Notes under the pieces: model-generated
What the model saw: only the letters and a program-made list of their open reading frames with translations
What the model was told of the DNA's origin: nothing
The model's database searches: none
Position numbers and translations under genes: made by a program
Shown: in pieces, positions 11,312-19,963 of the stretch
How positions within the stretch are numbered: the first letter of the stretch is position 1
Layout: every line of letters begins with the position of its first letter
DNA from: Micrococcus luteus NCTC 2665
Lineage (GTDB): Bacteria; Actinomycetota; Actinomycetes; Actinomycetales; Micrococcaceae
DNA length: 32,000 nucleotides
Direction of reading: 5' to 3'
Assembly (NCBI RefSeq): GCF_000023205.1
Contig: NC_012803.1
Span: forward strand, 1,800,001-1,832,000

Positions 11312-12396
11312 AGACGTCCCTTTCTCATCACGACGATCAGGAAGGTGATGCCGCCGATCAGCTCGATGACCACCGTGACCGCACCCCCCGCGTAGAAGAC
11401 GTGCCGCAGCACGAAGTAGGCGCTCGTGAGCACCGCGTACCCGGCCAGCGCCGCCACCGGGAGGATGAACCGGTGGTCGTGGGTGTCGACGAGGCTGTAC
11501 GCCAGCGTCGCCACGAGGAAGCCGAGGAACGTCATCGGGCCCACGAGCGCGGTGGTCATGGCCATCAGCACGGAGACCAGCAGCAGCGTCACCATGAGCT
11601 CGCGTCGGTGATGCAGGCCCAGGTTGGTCGCGGCGTCGGCGCCGAGCGCCACCGTGTTCAGGCGGCGGGAGCGCAGCCACAGCAGCGCGCACACGACGAC
11701 GGCGATGGGCGCGGCGATCGCCACGTACTCGGTCCGGGCATTGGAGATGTTGCCGAAGAGCCGCGCGCTCAGCAGGTCGAACGAGTTCGGGTCCAGCAGT
11801 CGCTGCATGAACGTGCTCAGCGCGGCCAGCCCGCCGCCCAGCACCACGCCCACGAGCAGCATCAGATGGACGTTGCCGTAGGGCCGGGAGAGCAGCCACG
11901 AGTACAGGGCCGTCGCGAGCGCCACCATGAGTGCGGCCTGGGCGAGGAACGGCCCCACCCCGGTCAGCACCGCGACGCCGGCGGCTCCCAGCACGTACAC
12001 GGCGGCGGTCGACACGGCGGTGTAGAGCGCCTCGAACCCCATGATCGAGGGCGTGATGATGCGGTTGCCCGTCACCGTGTGGAAGCTGACGGTCGCGAAG
12101 GAGTGGCACAGCGCCACGATGCCGATCACGCCCAGGGACTCCACGCGCATCCGCGCGATCATCCAGAACGCGCGCGAACCGGGTTCGGCCTCGTTGCCCC
12201 ACAGCAGGACCCCGGCGGTGGAGAGCACGGCGACGGCGGCCAGCACCGCGACGACGACCGCATACCTCCGGCGGTCGGCGGCGGTGACGAACACGCCGGA
12301 CCGGCGCGGGGCGTCGGCGTCGACGGGCCCGGCCGCGGTGGCGCCGCCGAGCGGGGCGGGGAGGCGACCCGGGGCGGTCGCGAGCGGCTCAGCCAT
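11308..12396 (-). CDS. iron-chelate ABC transporter permease (FecCD family, FatC/YclO-like)
   Basis: 362 aa and polytopic. Its ATG start overlaps the upstream permease stop by 8 nt. Confidence 0.88.
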   Translation of the reverse strand: MAEPLATAPGRLPAPLGGATAAGPVDADAPRRSGVFVTAADRRRYAVVVAVLAAVAVLSTAGVLLWGNEAEPGSRAFWMIARMRVESLGVIGIVALCHSFATVSFHTVTGNRIITPSIMGFEALYTAVSTAAVYVLGAAGVAVLTGVGPFLAQAALMVALATALYSWLLSRPYGNVHLMLLVGVVLGGGLAALSTFMQRLLDPNSFDLLSARLFGNISNARTEYVAIAAPIAVVVCALLWLRSRRLNTVALGADAATNLGLHHRRELMVTLLLVSVLMAMTTALVGPMTFLGFLVATLAYSLVDTHDHRFILPVAALAGYAVLTSAYFVLRHVFYAGGAVTVVIELIGGITFLIVVMRKGRL

Positions 12397-13447
12397 GCTT
12401 GGCCTGCCTCAGCAGCAGGGCGAGGAACACGATCGCGCCCACGAGGCCCAGGATCAGCGAGATGGGCACCTCGAACGGGGCGATCACGGTCCGCCCGATC
12501 AGGTCGCAGACGATCACGATCCACACGCCGACCATGACCACCCAGGGCAGGTTCGTCCGCAGGTTGTCGCCGCGGACCATGGACACGAGGTTGGGGACCA
12601 CGAGCCCCAGGAACGGGAGGGCCCCGATCACCACGGTGACCACCCCGGTGGCCACGGCCACCATGGCCACGCCGGTGAGGATCACGGCGTCGTAGTTGAG
12701 GCCGACGTTCGTGGCGACGTCCTTGCCGAGGCCGGCCACGGTGAAGCGGTCCGCGATGACGAAGACCGCCACGCACACGATCAGCACGAGGAAGAGCAGC
12801 TCGTACCGGCCGCGGACCACGGAGGTGAAGGAGCCGGCGAACCACGCGCCGACCTGCTGGAGCATGTCCGTCTGCAGGGCGAGGAACGTCGAGGCGGCGC
12901 CCACGACGGCGCCGAGCATGATGCCCACGATCGGCACGATGAGGGAGGACTGCAGGCGCACGCGCCGCAGGAAGAGGAAGAACACGAGGGTGCCGATGAA
13001 GGCGAAGAGGATGGCCCCGGCCATCCGGGTCACCAGGCCCGCCCCCGGCACGAGCACCATGGTCACCAGTAAGCCGAGACCGGCCCACTCGGTGGTGCCC
13101 GTGGTGCTGGGCTCCACGAAGCGGTTCTGCGTCATGAGCTGCATGATCAGCCCGCACATCGCCATCGAGGCGCCGGCCAGCACGAGGGCGACGGTGCGCG
13201 GCACGCGCGTGATGGCGAACATCTCGCGTCCGCCCTCCGCGCCGACGTCGTACACGCCCACGAACAGCGAGACCACGATGAGGGCCGCGGTCACCACGAT
13301 GCCGGCCAGCAGCGGCCAGGTGCGCTGCCAGCGGGTGCGCTCGGGCCGCAGGACGGCGGGCGGGACCCAGCACACGCGGTCGCCCCGCCCCGGCTCCTCG
13401 AGCCGGGGCGGGGCGTCGGCGACGTGGTGACGCACGTCGAGAATCAC
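12389..13447 (-). CDS. iron-chelate ABC transporter permease (FecCD family, FatD/YclN-like)
   Basis: 352 aa and polytopic. Its GTG start overlaps the SBP stop (GTGA at 13444-13447). An internal GTG further downstream is possible. Confidence 0.85.
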   Translation of the reverse strand: MILDVRHHVADAPPRLEEPGRGDRVCWVPPAVLRPERTRWQRTWPLLAGIVVTAALIVVSLFVGVYDVGAEGGREMFAITRVPRTVALVLAGASMAMCGLIMQLMTQNRFVEPSTTGTTEWAGLGLLVTMVLVPGAGLVTRMAGAILFAFIGTLVFFLFLRRVRLQSSLIVPIVGIMLGAVVGAASTFLALQTDMLQQVGAWFAGSFTSVVRGRYELLFLVLIVCVAVFVIADRFTVAGLGKDVATNVGLNYDAVILTGVAMVAVATGVVTVVIGALPFLGLVVPNLVSMVRGDNLRTNLPWVVMVGVWIVIVCDLIGRTVIAPFEVPISLILGLVGAIVFLALLLRQAKHG

Positions 13448-14508
13448 TGTGCGCCTTCGAATGCCTTCGCGAGGTCTTCCATGACGGTGGTGTGGTTCTG
13501 GATGTCCTCGGCGACGTAGAAGTCGGTGGGCAGGTACACGATGTTGCCCTCCTTGACCGCGGTCACGTCCTTCAGGGCCTCGGAGCGCTCGATCAGCTCG
13601 GCGGCGGTGGCGTTCTCCTCGCCGATGGCGGCGTCGCGGTCCATGACGATCAGCCAGTCCGGGTTCGACTTCGCGATGGCCTCGACGGAGATGTCGTCGC
13701 CCTGGTGGTTGTCGGTGCCCGACTGCTCGAGGGCCGGGGTCAGGTCCAGCATGTCGAAGAACGGGCCGATGGCGCGACCGGTGCTGGGCGCGACGTACGA
13801 CAGCTCTCCGCCCGAGGCGATGAGGCCCATGACGGTCTGCTCGGGGTCGTAGGCATCCTTGGCGCGCTGGGTGGCGGCGTCGAAGTCGGCGATGAGCTTC
13901 TCGGCATCGGCCTCGTGGCCGGTGGCCTCGCCCAGCAGGGTGGTCAGCTTCTTCAGGCCTTCGTCCATGGGGGTCTGCGTGACGTCGAAGTTCGTGTCCA
14001 CGACGGCGGCGTCGCCGGTCAGCTCGTCGATCTCCGCCTTGCGCTCGTTGAACCGCTGGCCATTGAACACGACGTCCGGCTCAGCCGTGACGAACAGCTC
14101 CATGTCCGGCTCCCGGTGGTTGCCGATGTCGGCGACCGAGTCGTCCTGGAGGTAGGAGGGCCCGCCCTCGCCCTTGTACATGATCTGCTTCGGCGCGGCC
14201 GACAGCTCGACGCCCCAGTCGTCCAGGGTGCGGAAGGTGCGGTTGTCCGTGGCGATGACGGAGTCGACCTCCTCCGGCAGGGTGACCTCGGTGCCGGACA
14301 TGTCGGTGACGGTGACGCCGGCCGCGACGCCGCCCGAGGCGGCCGAGGAGCTGCCCGAGGCGCTCGTGGAGGCCGAGGACTCGCCGGAGGCGGTCGCGGA
14401 GGACGAGCCCGTGGCCGCGCCGCCGGCGGAGCAGCCGACGAGGGCGAGGGCCGCCACCGAGGTCAGGGCGAGACTGGCGAGGCGGGGGGCGCGGACGGAA
14501 CGCGGCAT
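13444..14508 (-). CDS. siderophore ABC transporter substrate-binding lipoprotein (FatB/YclQ-like)
   Basis: 354 aa with a signal peptide, a lipobox (LALVGC) and a Ser/Gly-rich linker, followed by a class III SBP fold. A strong GAAGGAGAA SD lies upstream. Confidence 0.88.
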   Translation of the reverse strand: MPRSVRAPRLASLALTSVAALALVGCSAGGAATGSSSATASGESSASTSASGSSSAASGGVAAGVTVTDMSGTEVTLPEEVDSVIATDNRTFRTLDDWGVELSAAPKQIMYKGEGGPSYLQDDSVADIGNHREPDMELFVTAEPDVVFNGQRFNERKAEIDELTGDAAVVDTNFDVTQTPMDEGLKKLTTLLGEATGHEADAEKLIADFDAATQRAKDAYDPEQTVMGLIASGGELSYVAPSTGRAIGPFFDMLDLTPALEQSGTDNHQGDDISVEAIAKSNPDWLIVMDRDAAIGEENATAAELIERSEALKDVTAVKEGNIVYLPTDFYVAEDIQNHTTVMEDLAKAFEGAQ

Positions 14509-14573
14509 GGTTCTCCTTCTGGGCGGCGGGGCCGCCCCGGGATGAGCAGTCGGGGTGGTGGGCGGGCTCCCGT

Positions 14574-14592
14574 GGAGGTGAGCCTTGCCTCA
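14574..14592. promoter_or_regulatory. candidate IdeR/DtxR iron box
   Basis: The minus strand reads TGAGGCAAGGCTCACCTCC. By hand count it matches 13 of 19 positions of the IdeR consensus TTAGGTTAGGCTAACCTAA. It lies 7 nt downstream of the predicted -10 of the siderophore uptake operon. Confidence 0.4.
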
Positions 14593-14599
14593 GTCGAAT

Positions 14600-14629
14600 A
14601 CCGTACACGAGGGTGCCGTAATCCCTCAA
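14600..14629 (-). promoter_or_regulatory. predicted promoter TTGAGG-N18-TACGGT of the siderophore uptake operon
   Basis: These are the only good sigma-70-like hexamers in the 170-nt region upstream of the SBP gene. Confidence 0.4.
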
Positions 14630-14678
14630 CGGGAGTTCGACGGGTCTCACCGCCCGGGGCCCGCGGCCCCGAGCCCCG

Positions 14679-16010
14679 TCAGTCCAACGGCGTCACCTCG
14701 AGGGCGAACCGCGCCCGACCCACGCGCGCCAGCACGAGGGTGGCGTGCCGTCCGGCCCCGCCACGCCGGCACGGCTTCGCCCCGCCGAGGACGGCCCGAC
14801 GCACCTCCTCGGGCGTCTCGCGGATGCCCCGCTTCTTCACGTCCAGCCGACCCACCCCGGTCTCCTTCGCCCAGCGCCGCAGGGAGGCCAGGTGGAAGCC
14901 GTGCACCGCCTCGATCCGATGGGCGCGGGCCAGGCCGTCCCGCACGGGCTCGGGCGCGACGAGGTAGGCCAGGTGGGGGTCCAGCTGCCGCGTCGGCACG
15001 GGCCAGGACGCGGCCAGGTCCGTCACGAGTCCGGCCCGGATGACGGCGCCGTCCGGCTCGTGCAGGACCGCGCCGACGAGCCCCGCCATGCCCTCCTCCC
15101 CCACGGCCTCGACCTCGGGCGAGTCGCCGAAGTCCGCGCCGGAGACGAGCTGCGCCGTCGTCGTCTCCCCGCCCCGGACGGTCATGACGCGCGCCGCCCG
15201 CCGCACCCCGGGGCGGGCCGCCGCGTTGAACCACAGGGCGGCCTCCACGACGTCGCCGTCGACGCTCACCCACTCGGCCTCGGCGCCCGCCGGCACGGCC
15301 TCGTGCGGGAGCCCCGGGCCGAGCTTGACACCGAGCGGGACGCCCGTCGCGGCGATGTCCGTCACGACGCTCAGGGGCGGGGAGAACGCCTCGGGGTCGA
15401 ACACGCGCGCGGACCCGCCCCCGCCGACCTGACGGCGGGCGGGGTCCAGCCACACCGCGTCCGCCTCGGCGGGCACGTGGGCGCGGGCCCAGGCCACGGC
15501 GTCGCCGTGCACCACGCGCGCTCCGCGGTGGCCGGCGAGGTTCACCTCGGCGGCCGCGGCGACGACGGCGTCCCGCTCCACCGCCACGACGTCCAGGCCC
15601 CGGTCGGCGAAGGCGCGCGCGTCCAGGCCGAGACCACAGCCGAGGTCGGCGACGCACCGGGCCCCCGCGGCCGCCAGCCGGTCCGCATGCAGGCCCGCGA
15701 CCAGCGGGCGGGTGGCCTGCTCCAGGCCGTCGCGCGTGAACAGCATCCGGCGCGCCTCCGGCCCGAGGCGGGCCTCCGCCCGGGACCGCAGCGCGGCCTG
15801 GGTCAGCGCGGCGGCCACGCGCTCCGGAGGATGCCCGGCCGCACGCAGGCGGGAGGAGACCGCGAGCGCGTCGGCCTCGCGGTACCCGGCGAGGGAGTCG
15901 AGCAGCGCGCGGCCCTCCGGCTCGAGGACGGGGGCCAGGGCGGTGGCGTCCGCCTCCGAGGCGGCGGCCGTGGGGCGCGGCGGGCGGGAGGCGGGGCGGG
16001 GGCGGGCCAT
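14679..16010 (-). CDS. class I SAM-dependent methyltransferase with a THUMP-like C-terminal domain
   Basis: Internal ATG 16010 (MARPRPASRPP...) gives 443 aa. It has the SAM motif VADLGCGLGLDA, and its C-terminal part is conserved in actinobacterial homologues. The rest of track ORF 14679..17030 is antisense to the GCS2 gene. Confidence 0.7.
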   Translation of the reverse strand: MARPRPASRPPRPTAAASEADATALAPVLEPEGRALLDSLAGYREADALAVSSRLRAAGHPPERVAAALTQAALRSRAEARLGPEARRMLFTRDGLEQATRPLVAGLHADRLAAAGARCVADLGCGLGLDARAFADRGLDVVAVERDAVVAAAAEVNLAGHRGARVVHGDAVAWARAHVPAEADAVWLDPARRQVGGGGSARVFDPEAFSPPLSVVTDIAATGVPLGVKLGPGLPHEAVPAGAEAEWVSVDGDVVEAALWFNAAARPGVRRAARVMTVRGGETTTAQLVSGADFGDSPEVEAVGEEGMAGLVGAVLHEPDGAVIRAGLVTDLAASWPVPTRQLDPHLAYLVAPEPVRDGLARAHRIEAVHGFHLASLRRWAKETGVGRLDVKKRGIRETPEEVRRAVLGGAKPCRRGGAGRHATLVLARVGRARFALEVTPLD

Positions 16011-16017
16011 GCGCCCC

Positions 16018-16023
16018 ACCCTA
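16018..16023 (-). promoter_or_regulatory. candidate -10 (TAGGGT) 7 nt before the methyltransferase ATG (leaderless)
   Basis: The layout is TANNNT-N7-ATG with no SD. Confidence 0.35.
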
Positions 16024-16066
16024 GGTCCGAAGCGTGGACACCGGGCGCAGGCCCGGCACGGGCTTC

Positions 16067-16072
16067 TAGGAT
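16067..16072 (+). promoter_or_regulatory. candidate -10 (TAGGAT) 7 nt before ATG 16080 (leaderless)
   Basis: The layout is TANNNT-N7-ATG. This supports 16080 rather than 16071 as the start. Confidence 0.35.
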
Positions 16073-16079
16073 GGGCGGC

Positions 16080-17276
16080 ATGACTCTGCCCTTCGCCGAC
16101 TCCGCGCAGTCCACTCTCGGAATCGAGTGGGAGCTCGCGCTCGTGGACGCCGTGTCCGGCGAGCTGCGCTCCGAGGCCCCAGACCTGCTGCGCGCCCTGC
16201 ATGTGGCCGAGGGCCTGGCCGACGACGACGTGAACCCGCACATGACCAGCGAGCTCCTGCAGAACACGGTGGAGCTCGTCACGGGCGTGCACGAGCGCGT
16301 CGACGCCGCGACGGCGGACCTCGGCCGGATCGCCGCGCGCGTGGCCGACGCCGCGGCGGCGCGGGGCATCTCCCTGTTCTGCCAGGGCACGCACCCGTTC
16401 GCGGACGCGATCGCGCAGCCCTCGACACCCAGTGAGCGCTACGACCGCATGCTGGATCTCACCCAGTACTGGGGTCGGCAGCTGCTGATCTTCGGCGTGC
16501 ACGTGCACGTGGGCCTGGACGACGTCTCCAAGGCCATGCCGGTGGTGAACGGCCTGGTCAACCGCGTGCCGCACCTGCTCGCACTCTCGGCCTCCTCCCC
16601 CTTCTGGGCGGGCACGGACACGGGCTACCAGTCCCAGCGCACCCTCCTGTTCCAGCAGCTGCCCACGGCCGGCCTGCCGTTCCAGTTCCAGGAGTGGGAG
16701 GACTTCGAGCGCTGCGTGGCCCAGATGGAGCAGGTGGGCATGATCGCGGACGTCACCGAGTGCCGCTGGGACGTGCGGGCCGTGCCCCGCCTGGGCACGG
16801 TGGAGATGCGCGCGTGTGACGGCCTGGCCACGCTCGAGGAGATCGCCGCCGTGACCGCCTACACGCAGTGCCTCGTGGACGATCTGTCCGCGAGCCTGGA
16901 GCGCGGTGAGACGGTCGAGGTCCTGCCGCCGTGGCACGCGCAGGAGAACAAGTGGCGCGCCGCCCGGTACGGCATGGACGCCACCGTGATCGTGGACGCC
17001 CGGGGCACCCAGGTTCCGCTGGCGGAGCACCTGCCGGCGGAGATCGAGCGACTGACCCCGGTCGCCGAGCGGCTGGGCTGCGAGGCAGAGCTCGCCGGCG
17101 TCCAGGCGATGATCGACGACGGCGGCGCCGCGCGTCAGCGTCGCGTGGAGGCACAGGCCCTGGCCGGCCCGCCGGCCGAGGGCGAGGACGCGGACGACGC
17201 GGTGGCCCCGTTGCGCGCGGTCGTGCTGGACGCCGCCGCCCGCACCCGCGCGTCGCTGGACGGCCGCACCGGCTGA
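16080..17276 (+). CDS. glutamate-cysteine ligase family 2 (YbdK-type carboxylate-amine ligase)
   Basis: 398 aa, MTLPFADSAQSTLGIEWELALVD...LLIFGVHVHVG...SSPFW...VEMRACD. An alternative ATG lies at 16071. The upstream part of track ORF 14745..17276 is antisense to the methyltransferase. Confidence 0.88.
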   Translation: MTLPFADSAQSTLGIEWELALVDAVSGELRSEAPDLLRALHVAEGLADDDVNPHMTSELLQNTVELVTGVHERVDAATADLGRIAARVADAAAARGISLFCQGTHPFADAIAQPSTPSERYDRMLDLTQYWGRQLLIFGVHVHVGLDDVSKAMPVVNGLVNRVPHLLALSASSPFWAGTDTGYQSQRTLLFQQLPTAGLPFQFQEWEDFERCVAQMEQVGMIADVTECRWDVRAVPRLGTVEMRACDGLATLEEIAAVTAYTQCLVDDLSASLERGETVEVLPPWHAQENKWRAARYGMDATVIVDARGTQVPLAEHLPAEIERLTPVAERLGCEAELAGVQAMIDDGGAARQRRVEAQALAGPPAEGEDADDAVAPLRAVVLDAAARTRASLDGRTG

Positions 17277-17346
17277 GCGGCCGTTCCCCCGGCGAGGTGG
17301 CGGCCCCGCCGCCCCTGCAGGCTTCCGCCGCCCCGCCCGGCGCGTC

Positions 17347-17352
17347 TACGGT
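17347..17352 (+). promoter_or_regulatory. candidate -10 (TACGGT) 6 nt before ATG 17359 (leaderless)
   Basis: The layout is TANNNT-N6-ATG with no SD. Confidence 0.35.
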
Positions 17353-17358
17353 CACGCC

Positions 17359-18435
17359 ATGCGAGCACTCACATGGCAGGGAAAGCGCAACGTCGCCGTC
17401 GAGGACGTCCCGGATCCGCGGATCCAGGAGCCGACGGACGCGATCATCGAGGTCACTTCGACCGGCATCTGCGGGTCGGACCTGCATCTGTACGAGGTCC
17501 TGGGGCCGTTCATGGACGCGGGGGACGTGATCGGTCACGAGCCGATGGGCATCGTCCGCGAGGTCGGGTCCGAGGTCACCCAGGTGCGGGAGCAGGGCTC
17601 CGGCGCCGCCCTCTTCGGCTACTCCCGGCTCTACGGCTCCGTCCCCGGCGGGCAGGCCGAGCTGCTGCGCGTGCCCCACGCGGACTACGGCCCCGTGAAG
17701 GTGCCGCACACCGGCCCGGATGAGCAGTGGCTGTTCCTCTCGGACGTCGTCCCCACCGCCTGGCAGGGGGTCCAGTACGCGAACGTCCCCGACGGCGGCA
17801 CGCTCGCGGTGCTCGGCCTCGGCCCCATCGGCCAGCTGGCGGCGCGCATCGGCGTGCACCTGGGGTACCGGGTGATCGGTGTCGACCCGGTCCCCGAGCG
17901 CCGCGCGATGGCGGCCCGGCACGGCATCGAGGTCCTGGACGCCGACGGCGGTGAGGCCGAGGTGCTCCGCGAGCGCACCGGCGGCCGCGGCCCGGACGCG
18001 GTCCTGGACGCGGTCGGCATGGAGGCGCACGCCTCCCCGGTCGGGCACGCGGCCCACACCGCCGTGGGCCTGCTGCCCGACGCGCTCGGCCGGGCGGCCA
18101 TGAAGACCGCCGGCGTCGACCGCCTGAGCGCCCTCCACACCGCGATCGACGCGGTCCGGCGCGGCGGCACGGTGTCGCTCTCCGGGGTCTACGGCGGCAT
18201 GAAGGACCCGATGCCGATGCTCACCCTGTTCGACAAGCAGGTCACCCTGACGATGGGCCAGTGCAACGTCCGTCGCTGGGTGGACGACCTGCTGCCCCTG
18301 CTCGACGACCCGTCCGACCCCCTCGGCGTGCTCGACCTGGCCACGCACACCGCCCCGCTCGAGGACGCGCCCGCGCTCTACGAGACGTTCCAGAAGAAGG
18401 AGGACGGCTGCATCAAGGTGGTCCTGAAGCCGTGA
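17359..18435 (+). CDS. zinc-type alcohol dehydrogenase (MDR, formaldehyde-dehydrogenase-like subgroup) lacking the structural-zinc lobe
   Basis: 358 aa. The catalytic-site motifs GICGSD, GHEPMG and LSDVVPT and the Rossmann motif GLGPIG are present. No CxxCxxC segment lies between SEVT (aa 71-74) and QVREQG. Confidence 0.8.
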   Translation: MRALTWQGKRNVAVEDVPDPRIQEPTDAIIEVTSTGICGSDLHLYEVLGPFMDAGDVIGHEPMGIVREVGSEVTQVREQGSGAALFGYSRLYGSVPGGQAELLRVPHADYGPVKVPHTGPDEQWLFLSDVVPTAWQGVQYANVPDGGTLAVLGLGPIGQLAARIGVHLGYRVIGVDPVPERRAMAARHGIEVLDADGGEAEVLRERTGGRGPDAVLDAVGMEAHASPVGHAAHTAVGLLPDALGRAAMKTAGVDRLSALHTAIDAVRRGGTVSLSGVYGGMKDPMPMLTLFDKQVTLTMGQCNVRRWVDDLLPLLDDPSDPLGVLDLATHTAPLEDAPALYETFQKKEDGCIKVVLKP

Positions 18436-19463
18436 GGATCGTCGTCCTGGGCGCGACGGGCAACGTCGGCACCGCCGTCCTGCACCGCCTCCAGGCCGCG
18501 GCCGAGGCGAGCTCGATCGTGGGCGTGAGCCGGCGCGGCCCGGACCGGGCCGGGGCGCCCTACGACGGCGTCGAGTGGCACCGCCTGGACGTCGCGGAGC
18601 CCACGGCGGCGGGGCGGTTGCGCCAGATCGTCGCCGGCGCCGACGCCGTCGTCGACCTGGTGTGGGTGATCCGCCCCAACCGCGACCGCGACCACCTGCG
18701 CGCCGTCAACGTGGCCGGCAACGAGCGGGTGTTCCGGGCCGTGGCCGAGGCGGGCGTGCCCCACCTGGTCTACGCGTCCTCGGTGGGCGCGTACGGGCCC
18801 GGGCCGAAGGGCCGCGCCGTGTCCGAGTCCCACCCCACCACCGGGGTCCCCACCTCGCACTACGCCGCGCAGAAGGCCGAGGTCGAGTCGATCCTCGACC
18901 GCGTGCAGGCCGAGCACCCCGAGGTGCTCGTGACCCGGCTGCGCCCCGGGCTGATCTTCCAGTCCGCCGCCGGGCCCGAGATCAAGGACTACTTCCTGGG
19001 CGACCTCATCCCCGCCCGGCTGGTCGCCCGCCTGCGCACTCCGGTGCTGCCGTTCCCCCGGGGCCTGCGATTCCAGGCGCTCACGGCCCAGGACGTGGCG
19101 GACGCGTACTGGCGCGTGATCGCCCATCGGGCGGGCGGGGCCTTCAACGTGGCCGCCGAACCCGTGCTGGACGCACACACCATGGGCACCGTCCTCGGGG
19201 CGCGCCGCATCCTGGAGCTGCCCGTGGGCCTGTTCCGAGCGGCCGCGGCGCTGACCTACCGGGCACGGCTGCAGCCCACCGACCCGGGGTGGGTGGACAT
19301 GGCGGCGGCGGTGCCCATCATGGACACCACGGCCCTGCGCGCCGCGACCGGCTGGTCCGAGACCACCGACGCCCGGGAGGCGGTCCGCCTCGTGCTCGAC
19401 CACCTCGACGGCGCCGAAGGCCTCGGCAACGCCGGGCACCGCTCGCACTCGCCCACGGAATGA
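18432..19463 (+). CDS. NAD-dependent epimerase/dehydratase family (extended SDR) protein
   Basis: The GTG start overlaps the ADH stop (GTGA). It has the motifs GATGNVG and YAAQK (YxxxK). 343 aa. Confidence 0.8.
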   Translation: MRIVVLGATGNVGTAVLHRLQAAAEASSIVGVSRRGPDRAGAPYDGVEWHRLDVAEPTAAGRLRQIVAGADAVVDLVWVIRPNRDRDHLRAVNVAGNERVFRAVAEAGVPHLVYASSVGAYGPGPKGRAVSESHPTTGVPTSHYAAQKAEVESILDRVQAEHPEVLVTRLRPGLIFQSAAGPEIKDYFLGDLIPARLVARLRTPVLPFPRGLRFQALTAQDVADAYWRVIAHRAGGAFNVAAEPVLDAHTMGTVLGARRILELPVGLFRAAAALTYRARLQPTDPGWVDMAAAVPIMDTTALRAATGWSETTDAREAVRLVLDHLDGAEGLGNAGHRSHSPTE

Positions 19464-19963
19464 GGACGATGACCATCACCCGCCGGGCCGCCCTGGCGGG
19501 CCTGCTCGGGGGCGCCGCCCTCGGGTTCACCGCCTGCACCTCCTCCGGCTATCCCGCCGACCCGGACGGCACCCTGGACCGCGTCACGGGCGGGGTGCTG
19601 CGCGCCGGCGTCGTGCACCACCCGCCCCACGTGGACGCCTCGGGCGCCGAGCCCGTCGGCCCCGAGCCCGACCTGATCCGCGGCTTCGCCGCGGCGCACG
19701 ACGCACGCGTCGAGTGGACCGTGGCCGGGGAGGAGGCGCTCATGACCGCGCTGGAGAAGGGCGACGTGGACCTGGTGGCCGGCGGCCTGACCTCGGCGTC
19801 CCCGTGGACGTCGCACGCGAGCATGACCCGTGACTACGCCGAGGCGCAGGGCCCGGACGGCGAGCCGGTGAAGCTCGTGATGGCGGTGCCCCTGGGTGAG
19901 AATCAGATGCTCACGGCCCTCGAGACGTACTTCGACCAGCACGGAGCGGAGGCTTCCCGATGA
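19460..19963 (+). CDS. small Tat/lipobox lipoprotein resembling one lobe of a type-2 (amino-acid type) substrate-binding protein
   Basis: The ATG at 19460 overlaps the SDR stop (ATGA), with an alternative ATG at 19469. It has TRRAALAGLLGGAALGFTAC (RR motif plus lipobox) and then LRAGVV...PDLIRGFA...EALMTALEKGDVDLVAGGLT. It is only about 167 aa. Confidence 0.55.
   Translation: MRTMTITRRAALAGLLGGAALGFTACTSSGYPADPDGTLDRVTGGVLRAGVVHHPPHVDASGAEPVGPEPDLIRGFAAAHDARVEWTVAGEEALMTALEKGDVDLVAGGLTSASPWTSHASMTRDYAEAQGPDGEPVKLVMAVPLGENQMLTALETYFDQHGAEASR

Noticed and set aside
16659-16668. Isolated partial motif matches: CTGCCCACGG inside the GCS2 gene and GTGGGCAG at 13526..13533 inside the SBP gene
   Set aside because: These are single 8-10-mers within coding sequence, lacking the flanking TCC/GAA bases, hairpins or phasing. 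A rough base-composition estimate makes such hits expected by chance in 32 kb of this composition.
14679-17030. 783-aa minus-strand ORF and 843-aa plus-strand ORF (14745..17276) that overlap each other
   Set aside because: Each is real only in its 3-prime part (methyltransferase from ATG 16010, GCS2 ligase from ATG 16080). The 5-prime extensions run antisense through the partner gene.
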